A stretch of DNA of 38,521 bases, taken from positions 1-38,521 of the forward strand of contig DAHXMP010000478.1 in assembly GCA_027371665.1 (NCBI GenBank). The letters are read 5' to 3'. The notes below the pieces were generated by a model. The model was not told the origin of the DNA. It worked only from the letters and a program-made list of their open reading frames with translations, and searched no databases. Both the position numbers and the translations under genes were made by a program. Positions 27,095-35,505 of this stretch are shown one piece after another. The stretch's first letter is position 1; each line of letters starts with the position of its first letter. The DNA comes from Bacteroidota bacterium (GTDB taxonomy: Bacteria > Bacteroidota > Ignavibacteria > Kapaibacteriales > UBA2268).

Positions 27095-27442
27095 CTAATT
27101 TCCGTTTCGTATAGATTTTATTGCATCTTCGACAGTGTCGGCATATTCAAAAATGCCGTCGAGTTGAGATATTGTTAGCATTTTCATGACTAAATCCTTT
27201 ACACCAACAAGAATTATCGGAGTTTCCTGGTCTTTTAACTGGCGGTTCGCAAGAAGTAATGCACCAAGTCCAGTGCTGTCCACATATTCTACAAAGGACA
27301 AATCGAAAACCAGAGCTTCAAGCTCAGGCTGACATAAAATAAGGAGCTCAGCCTTCAATTGAGGAGATATATCCGCATCGAGGTTTGGCCTTTTTAAAGT
27401 AAAAATTGCTATATTGTCCTGTCGTTCAATTGTAAATCGCAT
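27095..27442 (-). CDS. STAS-domain protein, anti-sigma-factor antagonist (SpoIIAA/RsbV-like)
   Basis: FDLSFVEYVDSTGLGALLLA carries the conserved DS(S/T)G phospho-serine motif. I prefer ATG 27442 (MRFTIERQ...) over the track's TTG 27481. Confidence 0.75.
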   Translation of the reverse strand: MRFTIERQDNIAIFTLKRPNLDADISPQLKAELLILCQPELEALVFDLSFVEYVDSTGLGALLLANRQLKDQETPIILVGVKDLVMKMLTISQLDGIFEYADTVEDAIKSIRNGN

Positions 27443-27518
27443 AACCTTGTTTTTGATATTTTTGAAAACCAGATGTTGCAAGTTAATTATAGGAAATTAA
27501 TTTTCAAAGACTTTTGTT

Positions 27519-28568
27519 ATGAATAAAAACGATTTCGTTAGATTTAATATTCTTGTTATAAGACTAAGTTCGATGGGGGATATTTTGCTGACAACGCCAT
27601 TAATAAGACAACTTAGGATTAAATATCACCAGGCGAGAATTGATTTTATTTGTTCTAAACAATTTTCCGATATTTATAAAAACAATCCCCATATTTCAAA
27701 TCTATTGGACTATGACAAGTCCCTGACTTCCGCTGAAATTAATAATTTTAAAAAATCTATCCTGATGAATTTAGGGAGTAAGAAGTATGATATTGTTATT
27801 GACTTGCAGAAGAATTTCCGTTCACTGAACTTTAAAAGAGGATTAGGATATAATTACTTTTCTGTAAAAAAACATCGCCTTAACAAACTATCACTTGTTT
27901 ATTTTAAAAAGCCATTGGAAAAAAAATTTATGAACATGTCTGAAATTTACAGGCATTGTGTTCAGTGCCTGAATATTCCCGATGACGGCAAGGGTCTTGA
28001 AATATGGCTTTCAGGGGAGAATACAGAGATAATATATCCACCGGAAAAAAGGGCTGAAACAACAGGATTGAAAAAAATTGCAATAGCACCCGGTGCACGA
28101 CATTTAACAAAAAGATGGCTGCCGGAACGTTTTGCTGAATTAATTGATTTATTAAAGAATTCTTATGGTTCTGAAATTGTTATTGTTGGAGGAAATGATG
28201 ATATCCCAACAGTTAATGAAATTCTTAGTTTGACAAAAAGTGAAGTAAGTAATTTCAGTGGTTCTTCCTCAATTTTGAAAACGGCGGAAATTATTGATTC
28301 ATGCAATCTTTTGATTACTAATGATACCGGAGTGATGCACATCGCTGCAGCAAGACAAGTGCCGGTAATAGCTATTTTCGGTTCAACTGTACAGGATTTT
28401 GGATTTTCTCCTTTCAGAGTTAGAAATAAAGTTGTCGAGAAGGATGTTTCATGCAGGCCATGTTCTCATATAGGCAGGGAATCATGTCCTAAAGGGCATT
28501 TTAACTGTATGAAAAAAATTACCGTTGAAGATGTAATAAAAGCTATAAACAATTTATTAAAAGTTTAA
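27519..28568 (+). CDS. Glycosyltransferase family 9 (LPS heptosyltransferase-like)
   Basis: ILVIRLSSMGDILLTTPLIRQLR N-terminal motif and C-terminal NDTGVMHIAAA motif are typical of RfaF/RfaC-type GT9 enzymes. Confidence 0.8.
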   Translation: MNKNDFVRFNILVIRLSSMGDILLTTPLIRQLRIKYHQARIDFICSKQFSDIYKNNPHISNLLDYDKSLTSAEINNFKKSILMNLGSKKYDIVIDLQKNFRSLNFKRGLGYNYFSVKKHRLNKLSLVYFKKPLEKKFMNMSEIYRHCVQCLNIPDDGKGLEIWLSGENTEIIYPPEKRAETTGLKKIAIAPGARHLTKRWLPERFAELIDLLKNSYGSEIVIVGGNDDIPTVNEILSLTKSEVSNFSGSSSILKTAEIIDSCNLLITNDTGVMHIAAARQVPVIAIFGSTVQDFGFSPFRVRNKVVEKDVSCRPCSHIGRESCPKGHFNCMKKITVEDVIKAINNLLKV

Positions 28569-29584
28569 TGATAATATTGAAAATGTTCCCAATTAAAGAT
28601 AAACAAATAGCTGTTATTATAATTTCTTTACTGGCGATTATTATTTTTATAAATCTCGGGAAAGAAGAAATACAGCCATGGGATGAAGGATTATATGCTA
28701 TCAGGGCAAAGAGTGTTCTTCATTATAATGATGCCTGGGACCAATCCGGATACTCTCCGGGCGGGCTTTATTCTTCGACCTATCCGCCATTAACAATATG
28801 GTGTATGTCTTCTTTTATGGCTTTATTTGGTGAGAATGGCTTTTCAGTTAGATTGTTTTCGGCTATTTGTTCTGTCTTGTCTTTAATCTTTATTTATTTT
28901 ATTGCACTGAGAATAATGCAGAAAAAATTTGCAATAACAGCATCAGTATTAATGGAAGGAACTTTAGTCTGGGATAAATTTTCAAGACAGGGAATGACTG
29001 ATATACCTCTTGCTTTTTTCTTCATATTGACATTTTGGGCTGTAATAAAATTCAGGGAATCAAATGAATCTAAAAGATTAATTGCTCCGCTTATAGTTTT
29101 CACAATCGGATTTGCGTTTGCCCTGATGACAAAGATTGTTATTTCTTTTCTTCCATTGTTATTCGTATTTCTAATATTTTTAGAAAAAGGGAACAATAAA
29201 CGGTATCTGCTAATAGCTTCAATCATAGCGATAGCTCTTGCTTCTCCATGGTATATATATATGATAAACCATTACGGGCAACCGTTTTATCAAGCTCTGT
29301 TTGTTCCTCATATTTATACTGTAGTAGAAACAAACAGCCCCAAACTCGGTATGCTTTATTATTTGAATCAAATGCTGATTTCTAATCCGCTAATAATATT
29401 TTCATTTTTCTTTTTGATTATAATATTTTTTAAAAATACAAGAAAATTATTGTTACAAGGCTCTGATAATGTATTTATCATATCATCATCAATGTTATGG
29501 TTTTTTTTGAGCTTTGTTGTACTCTCGCTAGCGAGAACCAAGATGCTTCATTATACTTTATATATGCTTCCCCCTGCCATTTGA
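28568..29584 (+). CDS. ArnT/PMT-like GT-C glycosyltransferase (GT39/GT83-like), N-terminal membrane part
   Basis: ATG overlaps the GT9 stop by 1 nt (taATG). First-loop motif QPWDEGLYAIRA, followed by about 9 TM helices. Ends at TGA 29582-29584 and continues in frame into the next ORF. Confidence 0.65.
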   Translation: MIILKMFPIKDKQIAVIIISLLAIIIFINLGKEEIQPWDEGLYAIRAKSVLHYNDAWDQSGYSPGGLYSSTYPPLTIWCMSSFMALFGENGFSVRLFSAICSVLSLIFIYFIALRIMQKKFAITASVLMEGTLVWDKFSRQGMTDIPLAFFFILTFWAVIKFRESNESKRLIAPLIVFTIGFAFALMTKIVISFLPLLFVFLIFLEKGNNKRYLLIASIIAIALASPWYIYMINHYGQPFYQALFVPHIYTVVETNSPKLGMLYYLNQMLISNPLIIFSFFFLIIIFFKNTRKLLLQGSDNVFIISSSMLWFFLSFVVLSLARTKMLHYTLYMLPPAI

Positions 29585-29614
29585 ATTTTAACATATTTTT
29601 TTAATAAAATTGTT

Positions 29615-30286
29615 TTGCTGATAAAAAGCAGTCGTTTCATACTTGCATTGTTTTCAATTTCATTTATGCTTTTTATCTGGGGTTTGGATTTCAATTTAAG
29701 ACAGGATATGAAACTTGTATTTACAAATGGTAAATTTACAATAGATTCTTTAGTATTTGTTTTTGTATCAGTTGTTTTATTCATGTCGTTATTTTTTAGT
29801 TCAAAAAGAAATCTTGAAAAATTTACAAAAGGACATTATCCCAAAATAATATATGTTATTTCGGCTTTTCTAATCATGAAAGTTTTAGTTATAAATAGTT
29901 TCTTTTTTCAGGGGCATTCTTTTGGAGCTGAAAGGGCATCGAAGATTTTTCAGGACTCCGGGGAAAGCTCGTTTATTTATTTATACAATGAGGCAACTTC
30001 GGCTGATTCACTTAATCCACAACTTGCATGGTACACCGGTGAAGTGATGGACCATTGGGTGAAAGGGAAGACATACAAGCCTTTTCCGGTAAAACCATTA
30101 CCTTCGATCGGCAGACAATTGGAAAAATTAAAATATTATCCTGAAATTATGATTATTTATTATATGCCCGAAGAAAAGCCAATAAGAAAAGAAGTAATTG
30201 AAAAAGTAAGAACCATGTTTCCTGTTGTAGATTCATGTACAAGATATATTGTATTCAGAAGAAATAAAATTTTTAAAAATCTTTAA
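29615..30286 (+). CDS. Probable C-terminal part of the ArnT/PMT-like transferase (TM helices plus soluble domain)
   Basis: Same reading frame as 28568-29584. No other stop occurs in the 30-nt gap. Only a TTG start is available. About 4 TM helices followed by a ~130-aa soluble tail, as in full-length ArnT-like proteins. Confidence 0.45.
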   Translation: MLIKSSRFILALFSISFMLFIWGLDFNLRQDMKLVFTNGKFTIDSLVFVFVSVVLFMSLFFSSKRNLEKFTKGHYPKIIYVISAFLIMKVLVINSFFFQGHSFGAERASKIFQDSGESSFIYLYNEATSADSLNPQLAWYTGEVMDHWVKGKTYKPFPVKPLPSIGRQLEKLKYYPEIMIIYYMPEEKPIRKEVIEKVRTMFPVVDSCTRYIVFRRNKIFKNL

Positions 30287-30307
30287 TCAAAAATTAAATC
30301 AGAAATT

Positions 30308-31180
30308 ATGATGAAAAATTTAAATCTGATTTGCCCTGATTGTGATTCAATTCTGTCAAATGAAGGGCAATCACTGATGTGCAATAAGTGCGGAATTAAA
30401 TATGAAATAAAGAACGGTATTCCAATATTATTCCCATCAAATCATTCCGAAAATAAATTCGGGATGAATTACCAGGAACATTATAATGTTGATGGCAACT
30501 ATTATGATTATTTCAGTGAAAGGCAGGAAAAAGTATCTGCTCATGATGAAAGAAGGCTTAGAGAATATATAATTTCCCTTGTACCCAAATATGCAAAATC
30601 CATAATCGATATTGGTTCCGGCGGTGCCTGGGTAGCAAGAAACTTAATCAAAAGAGGAAATGTGGTATGTTCATTTGATATTACTTATAGAAATGTTGAA
30701 AAAGCAATTCAATTATATCCCGGGACTAATCATTATGGTGTTGTAGGAGATGCTTTGCATCCTCCTTTCGCCAAAAATTCATTCGACTGCATAATAGCTT
30801 CTGAAGTAATTGAACACATAGTTGAACCAGGAATATTTATTCAAAAGTTAACACCTTTATTGAAGCCGGGAGGTATATTAATTACAAGTACTCCATATAA
30901 GGAAAAAATTGTATATTCGATATGTATTCATTGCAATAAACCGACACCCCGCAATTCTCATCTGCATTCATTCGATGAGAAAATTCTGGGAGAATTAATT
31001 AAAGATGATGAAATTAAATTCAGCTACTATGCTTTTGGCAATAAAGCTCTTGTTATACTTAGAACCCATGTGTTACTAAAATTTCTTCACTTTAAATTAT
31101 GGAAAATTGCTGATTCAATTGCCAATCTAATCGTGAACAAGCGTTATCACATAGTGTGTACTTATGAAATAAGACATTAA
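30308..31180 (+). CDS. Class I SAM-dependent methyltransferase with N-terminal Trm112-like zinc ribbon
   Basis: CPDC...CNKCGIKYEIKNGIPILF zinc ribbon, SAM motif IIDIGSGGAW, and the acidic post-II motif FDCIIASEVIEHI. Confidence 0.75.
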   Translation: MMKNLNLICPDCDSILSNEGQSLMCNKCGIKYEIKNGIPILFPSNHSENKFGMNYQEHYNVDGNYYDYFSERQEKVSAHDERRLREYIISLVPKYAKSIIDIGSGGAWVARNLIKRGNVVCSFDITYRNVEKAIQLYPGTNHYGVVGDALHPPFAKNSFDCIIASEVIEHIVEPGIFIQKLTPLLKPGGILITSTPYKEKIVYSICIHCNKPTPRNSHLHSFDEKILGELIKDDEIKFSYYAFGNKALVILRTHVLLKFLHFKLWKIADSIANLIVNKRYHIVCTYEIRH

Positions 31181-31188
31181 GGCATATT

Positions 31189-32115
31189 CTAAGATTTTCT
31201 CATATGGCTTAGCTTTTGAAATAATTCTTTTTCTTCACTCGTGAGGTTCTTTGGAATTGCAATAATAATTTTTATATAGAGGTCTCCTCTATCTCCGGGA
31301 TTAGTATATTTAGGCATACCTTGTCCTTTAAGCTTAAGAATAGTACCATTCTCGGTTTCAGGTGGTATATTAACGTTAAGAGTCCCGGCAAATGTTTTCA
31401 ATTTTGATGAGCCACCGAGAACAGCCTTATATAAATCAACGGGCATCTTGATATGCAGGTCATCTCCGGTTCTTTGGACTTTTGAATGAGGAGTGATATG
31501 AACTTTGATTATCAAATCGCCCGAATTACCGCCATGTTTCCCCGACTGTCCCTTACCGGTTATTTTCAAAATTTGGCCATCACCGATTCCCGGTTTGATT
31601 TTTAAATCAATGGATTGTTTATCAATCTGTATTATTCTTTGTGTTCCGCTAAAAGCTTCGGACAATGATATATCAATTTCAACCGGAGTATCAATGCCCT
31701 TTTTGGGAGTTTGCCTGAAACCGCTTCTTTGTGAGAACCCACCGCCAAAAATCTTTTCAAAAAAATCGGATACACCTCCGCCTTCAAATATATCGCCGAA
31801 GCCGCCGGTTCTTCTCCTGTTCCCTGCCTGGCTTTGAGCGAACCAATTCGACCAGTCAAAATCCCTGGCATTGCCCCCTGTCTGCTGAAAGCTGTTCCAG
31901 GAAGAGCCGAGGCTGTCGTATTTCTTTCTTTTGTCCGTGTCTTTCAACACTTCATAAGCCTCGTTTATCTCCTTAAACTTGTTTTCGGCATTTTTGTCAC
32001 CTTTGTTTCGGTCAGGATGGTACTTGATTGCGAGCTTACGGTAAGCCTTTTTTATATCTTCGAGTGTAGAATTTTTCGATACACCCAAAATTTTATAATA
32101 ATCTTTAAAATCCAT
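31189..32115 (-). CDS. cbpA: J-domain co-chaperone, CbpA-type (class II DnaJ, no zinc finger)
   Basis: [33 protein letters not shown] with the HPD motif, a G/F-rich region, and DnaJ C-terminal beta domains. No CxxCxGxG repeats. Confidence 0.8.
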   Translation of the reverse strand: MDFKDYYKILGVSKNSTLEDIKKAYRKLAIKYHPDRNKGDKNAENKFKEINEAYEVLKDTDKRKKYDSLGSSWNSFQQTGGNARDFDWSNWFAQSQAGNRRRTGGFGDIFEGGGVSDFFEKIFGGGFSQRSGFRQTPKKGIDTPVEIDISLSEAFSGTQRIIQIDKQSIDLKIKPGIGDGQILKITGKGQSGKHGGNSGDLIIKVHITPHSKVQRTGDDLHIKMPVDLYKAVLGGSSKLKTFAGTLNVNIPPETENGTILKLKGQGMPKYTNPGDRGDLYIKIIIAIPKNLTSEEKELFQKLSHMRKS

Positions 32116-32139
32116 AAAATTTATAAATTCAATTCTAAA

Positions 32140-33348
32140 TTACATATATCTGTGAATTGGCCCTTCGTGTTCAACGAACTGGGGAACAAACTCTGCGGGT
32201 TTTCTTCCGAAACAAACTCCCAAAGCCTCATAAAATTCAATTTCATTTATATCAATAAATCTCTGTTTAATAGCTTCAGACGTAGGTAAGTAAGTTATAT
32301 GGTCATGCTCGACATCAACAACTGTAACACCTTTAATGCCGTTTTTAATGAGCAACACTGCGGCACCTCCGGCTTGTTTCCCGAATGCCACGTCATAGCT
32401 TGTTGTTTCGCCAGAGCGAACGAGATGACCAAGAGTAATTTCACGAATTTCAGGATATTCGTAAATGCCCTTAACATATATTCCTTCTTTTTTCAATACT
32501 TCTCCCCAGTCGGAATCCTGTTTCATGTAATATTCAAGCTGATTTCTTATATATTGCCCGACGCCTGTCAATTTCTGATGCCCGAATGAATCCTGCACAG
32601 ACAAGTCGGTAAAGTATCTCCCTTCTTTGTCTTTCACGCCTTCAGCAGCAACGATTATATAAGTCGAACCTTTGACATCGCTTGCCAATAATCTGTCTAT
32701 ATATGTTTTTTTGAAATGCTGATATAAAATCTCGTAATCAACGTTTACTTCTGGAATTAAAATAGCATCGGCATCGGCACCGATTCCACCCCTGAAGGCT
32801 GTATGACCAGCATATCTGCCGAAAACCTCGATGATTAAAGCCCTGTTATGGGTAAGTCCGGTAGTTCGCAAATCAGATGTAAATTTTGAAATCCTGTTGA
32901 TTGTCGAATCGCCTCCGACCGAGTATGGCTGAAGGTCGAGGTCCATTGTCTTAGGAACATGAACGCAGTCAATACCCTGTCCAATCAGGTCAACAACTAC
33001 AGAACCCGTATCGTCACCGCCGGCAATAATCAATCCGTCAATTCCGTGCATCTTCAGTCCTGCTCTTATTTTATCGTATTTTTGGTCGTCTTTGATTTTT
33101 GCAATTTTTACTCTCGAATGGCCCGCTTCGGAACCGGCAACGTCGGAATTTATCCTGTCTGCTCTTGCTTTGTCAATGATTACGGGAACAAGGTTTGATA
33201 AATTATATAAACCGGCATATCCATTCGGAATGAGACAAATTTCGATTCCAAGATGATGTGCCATCCTTGCAGCACCGTTAATAACCGCATTCAGTCCACC
33301 GCAATCTCCGCCGCTGGTAATAATACCTAATTTTTTTATATTATTCAT
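32140..33348 (-). CDS. pfp: 6-phosphofructokinase, predicted pyrophosphate-dependent type
   Basis: LGIITSGGDCGGLNAVI, IIAGGDDTGSV (GGDD rather than GGDG) and VPKTMDLDL (PKT rather than PGT). Confidence 0.8.
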   Translation of the reverse strand: MNNIKKLGIITSGGDCGGLNAVINGAARMAHHLGIEICLIPNGYAGLYNLSNLVPVIIDKARADRINSDVAGSEAGHSRVKIAKIKDDQKYDKIRAGLKMHGIDGLIIAGGDDTGSVVVDLIGQGIDCVHVPKTMDLDLQPYSVGGDSTINRISKFTSDLRTTGLTHNRALIIEVFGRYAGHTAFRGGIGADADAILIPEVNVDYEILYQHFKKTYIDRLLASDVKGSTYIIVAAEGVKDKEGRYFTDLSVQDSFGHQKLTGVGQYIRNQLEYYMKQDSDWGEVLKKEGIYVKGIYEYPEIREITLGHLVRSGETTSYDVAFGKQAGGAAVLLIKNGIKGVTVVDVEHDHITYLPTSEAIKQRFIDINEIEFYEALGVCFGRKPAEFVPQFVEHEGPIHRYM

Positions 33349-33514
33349 TAGAGCTCCAAATGATTTTACCCAATCTTAATCTAAATTAGGATTCTATGGA
33401 AAAATTAATGTTACAAAACTAAGAAATGATTTGGATAATTGTATTAGAATCGTTAATTGTGATTTAATAAATAATTATCTTCGATGAATAGTTTTAAAAG
33501 TAATAATAAAAATA

Positions 33515-33522
33515 TATTTTTG
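33515..33522 (+). promoter_or_regulatory. Candidate -7 promoter element (TAnnTTTG) for murI
   Basis: Exact tatttttg, 42 nt upstream of ATG 33564. Confidence 0.3.
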
Positions 33523-33563
33523 AAATTCTGAATTATATCATTTTTTTGAGTTAATAAAATTTT

Positions 33564-34391
33564 ATGAAAAACAACCCAATCGGTGTATTTGATTCCGGAA
33601 TCGGCGGATTAAGCGTACTGAAACAATTCATTCGCTTTCTGCCCTTCGAAAGATATATTTATCTCGGCGATACAGCTCGGGTTCCTTATGGTAACAGGTC
33701 ACCCGAAACAGTTAAACGCTATGCAATGGAAAGTACAAAGTTCATGCTCGAGCATGATGTCAAGTTAATTGTCGTGGCATGTAATACAGTCTCATCTGTC
33801 GCTTTGGATGTCGTTCGCGAGCTTTCCACGGTACCGGTAATCGGTATGATTTATCCCGCCGCCGTAGCCGCACTCAGGGCAACGGTTAACAAAACAATCG
33901 GAGTTATTGGAACAAGGGCAACAATTAACAGTAACGCTTACACGGATGAAATCAAGAAACTGAGCGATGGTGATAAAATAAAAGTTATATCACAGGCATG
34001 TCCTTTATTTGTACCGATTATCGAGGAAGGATGGCTTGAACATCCGGCGACAAGGCTTATCAGCGAGGAATATCTCGCTTCTCTCAAAGAAGAAAAGATT
34101 GATACTCTTGTCCTGGGTTGTACTCATTATCCTTTATTAAAGCAGCTGCTTACAGAGATTATGCCGGGAATTTCTCTTATTGATTCCGGTGAACATGCCG
34201 CAGTCATGGCCGTTAGAATGTTAGCCGAAAAAGAAAATTTAATCGAAGAGAAGGATGTTTACGTTCAGAAGCCTCAGATTGAATTTTTTGTTAGCGATGT
34301 ACCTTCAACATTTTATGACGTTGCTCAAAGATTTCTCGGCTTTGGTGTCGAAAGTCCATCAATTGTCAATTTAAACGATTATTCAAAATAA
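33564..34391 (+). CDS. murI: Glutamate racemase
   Basis: IGVFDSGIGGLSVL N-terminus plus both catalytic Cys contexts (VVACNT and LGCTHYP). Confidence 0.9.
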   Translation: MKNNPIGVFDSGIGGLSVLKQFIRFLPFERYIYLGDTARVPYGNRSPETVKRYAMESTKFMLEHDVKLIVVACNTVSSVALDVVRELSTVPVIGMIYPAAVAALRATVNKTIGVIGTRATINSNAYTDEIKKLSDGDKIKVISQACPLFVPIIEEGWLEHPATRLISEEYLASLKEEKIDTLVLGCTHYPLLKQLLTEIMPGISLIDSGEHAAVMAVRMLAEKENLIEEKDVYVQKPQIEFFVSDVPSTFYDVAQRFLGFGVESPSIVNLNDYSK

Positions 34392-34392
34392 T

Positions 34393-35166
34393 ATGGATAT
34401 TAAAGGTAAAACGGTTTTAATAACCGGAGCCTCGGCTGGCATTGGTGAAGCCTGCGCGGATGTTTTCGCGGAAGCAGGAGCTAATCTTATTCTTTTAGCA
34501 AGGAGAAAAGCTAAACTCGATAAAATGTCAAACAATTTAAAAAGTAAATATGATATTGAAATATTTATTTCAGAATGTGATGTAAGAAATCGGAAACAAG
34601 TCGGGAAAACATTAGAAGAATTACCGGCAAATTTCAAGAATATTGATATTCTGATAAATAATGCCGGCTTGGCAAGAGGACTGAATAAAATCCAGGAGGG
34701 CAGTTTCGATGACTGGGATGAAATGCTCGACACCAACATCAAAGGATTATTAAATGTTTCGAGGTTCATCCTGCCCGGAATGATTCAAAGAAAAGACGGA
34801 CATATAATAAATATAGGCTCATTCGCAGGCCATGAGGTCTATCCCGGAGGAAATGTTTATTGTGCTACAAAACATGCCGTAAAAGCTTTATCAAAAGCTA
34901 TGGCAATTGACCTTAACGGCACGGGAGTCAGAGTTACGAATGTTGACCCGGGTTTGGTTGAGACTGAATTTTCGGAAGTCAGATTTCATGGTAATGCTGA
35001 AAGAGCAAAAACCGTTTACGAGGGATATACACCATTAAAAGGGAAAGACATTGCCGAAGTTGTCTTATTCTGTTGTACACGGCCGAAATATGTTACTGTA
35101 CGAGATGTACTGGTTACACCGACAGACCAGGCAACAACCACGATATTGAATAAAACAAAGCAATAA
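34393..35166 (+). CDS. Short-chain dehydrogenase/reductase (YdfG-like NADP-dependent)
   Basis: TGASAGIGEA cofactor motif, NNAG, and catalytic YCATKHAV (YxxxK). Starts 1 nt after the murI stop. Confidence 0.85.
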   Translation: MDIKGKTVLITGASAGIGEACADVFAEAGANLILLARRKAKLDKMSNNLKSKYDIEIFISECDVRNRKQVGKTLEELPANFKNIDILINNAGLARGLNKIQEGSFDDWDEMLDTNIKGLLNVSRFILPGMIQRKDGHIINIGSFAGHEVYPGGNVYCATKHAVKALSKAMAIDLNGTGVRVTNVDPGLVETEFSEVRFHGNAERAKTVYEGYTPLKGKDIAEVVLFCCTRPKYVTVRDVLVTPTDQATTTILNKTKQ

Positions 35167-35221
35167 ATTTTTTAAATTATTGAAATTGTCGTAATTTTGC
35201 TATCCAATATTTTAGCCAAAC

Positions 35222-35311
35222 GGAGAGGTGGCCGAGTGGCTGAAGGCAACGGTTTGCTAAACCGTCGTAGGGTGTATAGCTTTACCGCGAGTTCGAATCT
35301 CGCCCTCTCCG
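35222..35311 (+). tRNA. tRNA-Ser (anticodon GCU)
   Basis: Acceptor ggagagg/cctctcc, anticodon stem acggt/accgt with loop ttGCTaa, long variable arm (type II tRNA), T-arm gcgag-ttcgaat-ctcgc, discriminator G. CCA is not encoded. Confidence 0.9.
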
Positions 35312-35322
35312 CAGTTATATTT

Positions 35323-35366
35323 ATAAGTCCCTTATAATTCAATAAATTATAAGGGACTTATTTTTT
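35323..35366 (+). terminator. Strong rho-independent terminator after tRNA-Ser
   Basis: Perfect 16-bp stem ataagtcccttataat (35323-35338) / attataagggacttat (35346-35361), 7-nt loop, T6 run. Confidence 0.75.
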
Positions 35367-35505
35367 CAACATACAAATAACATACACTTTATTTGTCCTA
35401 AAAAAATAAAATTACAAATTAGAACCTAAAATAAAGGTTATAATATTTTTTTTCTTATATTACTATTATATTTTGTACAAAGCTTTTCAAATCCACTGAT
35501 TTTTT

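Noticed and set aside
28568-30286. Global TGA reassignment or selenocysteine as the explanation for the in-frame TGA
   Set aside because: Several well-delimited genes in the window terminate at TGA at the expected protein length. I also see no SECIS-like stem-loop immediately 3' of 29584.
31834-32289. 151-aa + strand ORF bridging the cbpA and pfp genes
   Set aside because: It is antisense to two strongly supported genes and crosses their intergenic gap. Its composition is that of off-frame sequence.
34383-34769. 128-aa minus-strand ORF antisense to the SDR gene
   Set aside because: The SDR frame carries complete cofactor and catalytic motifs, while the antisense ORF is Ser/Leu/Phe-rich with no motif.
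35312-35505. Integrase or attachment site directly after tRNA-Ser
   Set aside because: No integrase or recombinase ORF exists between the tRNA and hsdR, and no repeat of the tRNA 3' end is seen within the window. The island idea therefore remains only an inference, reported as such.
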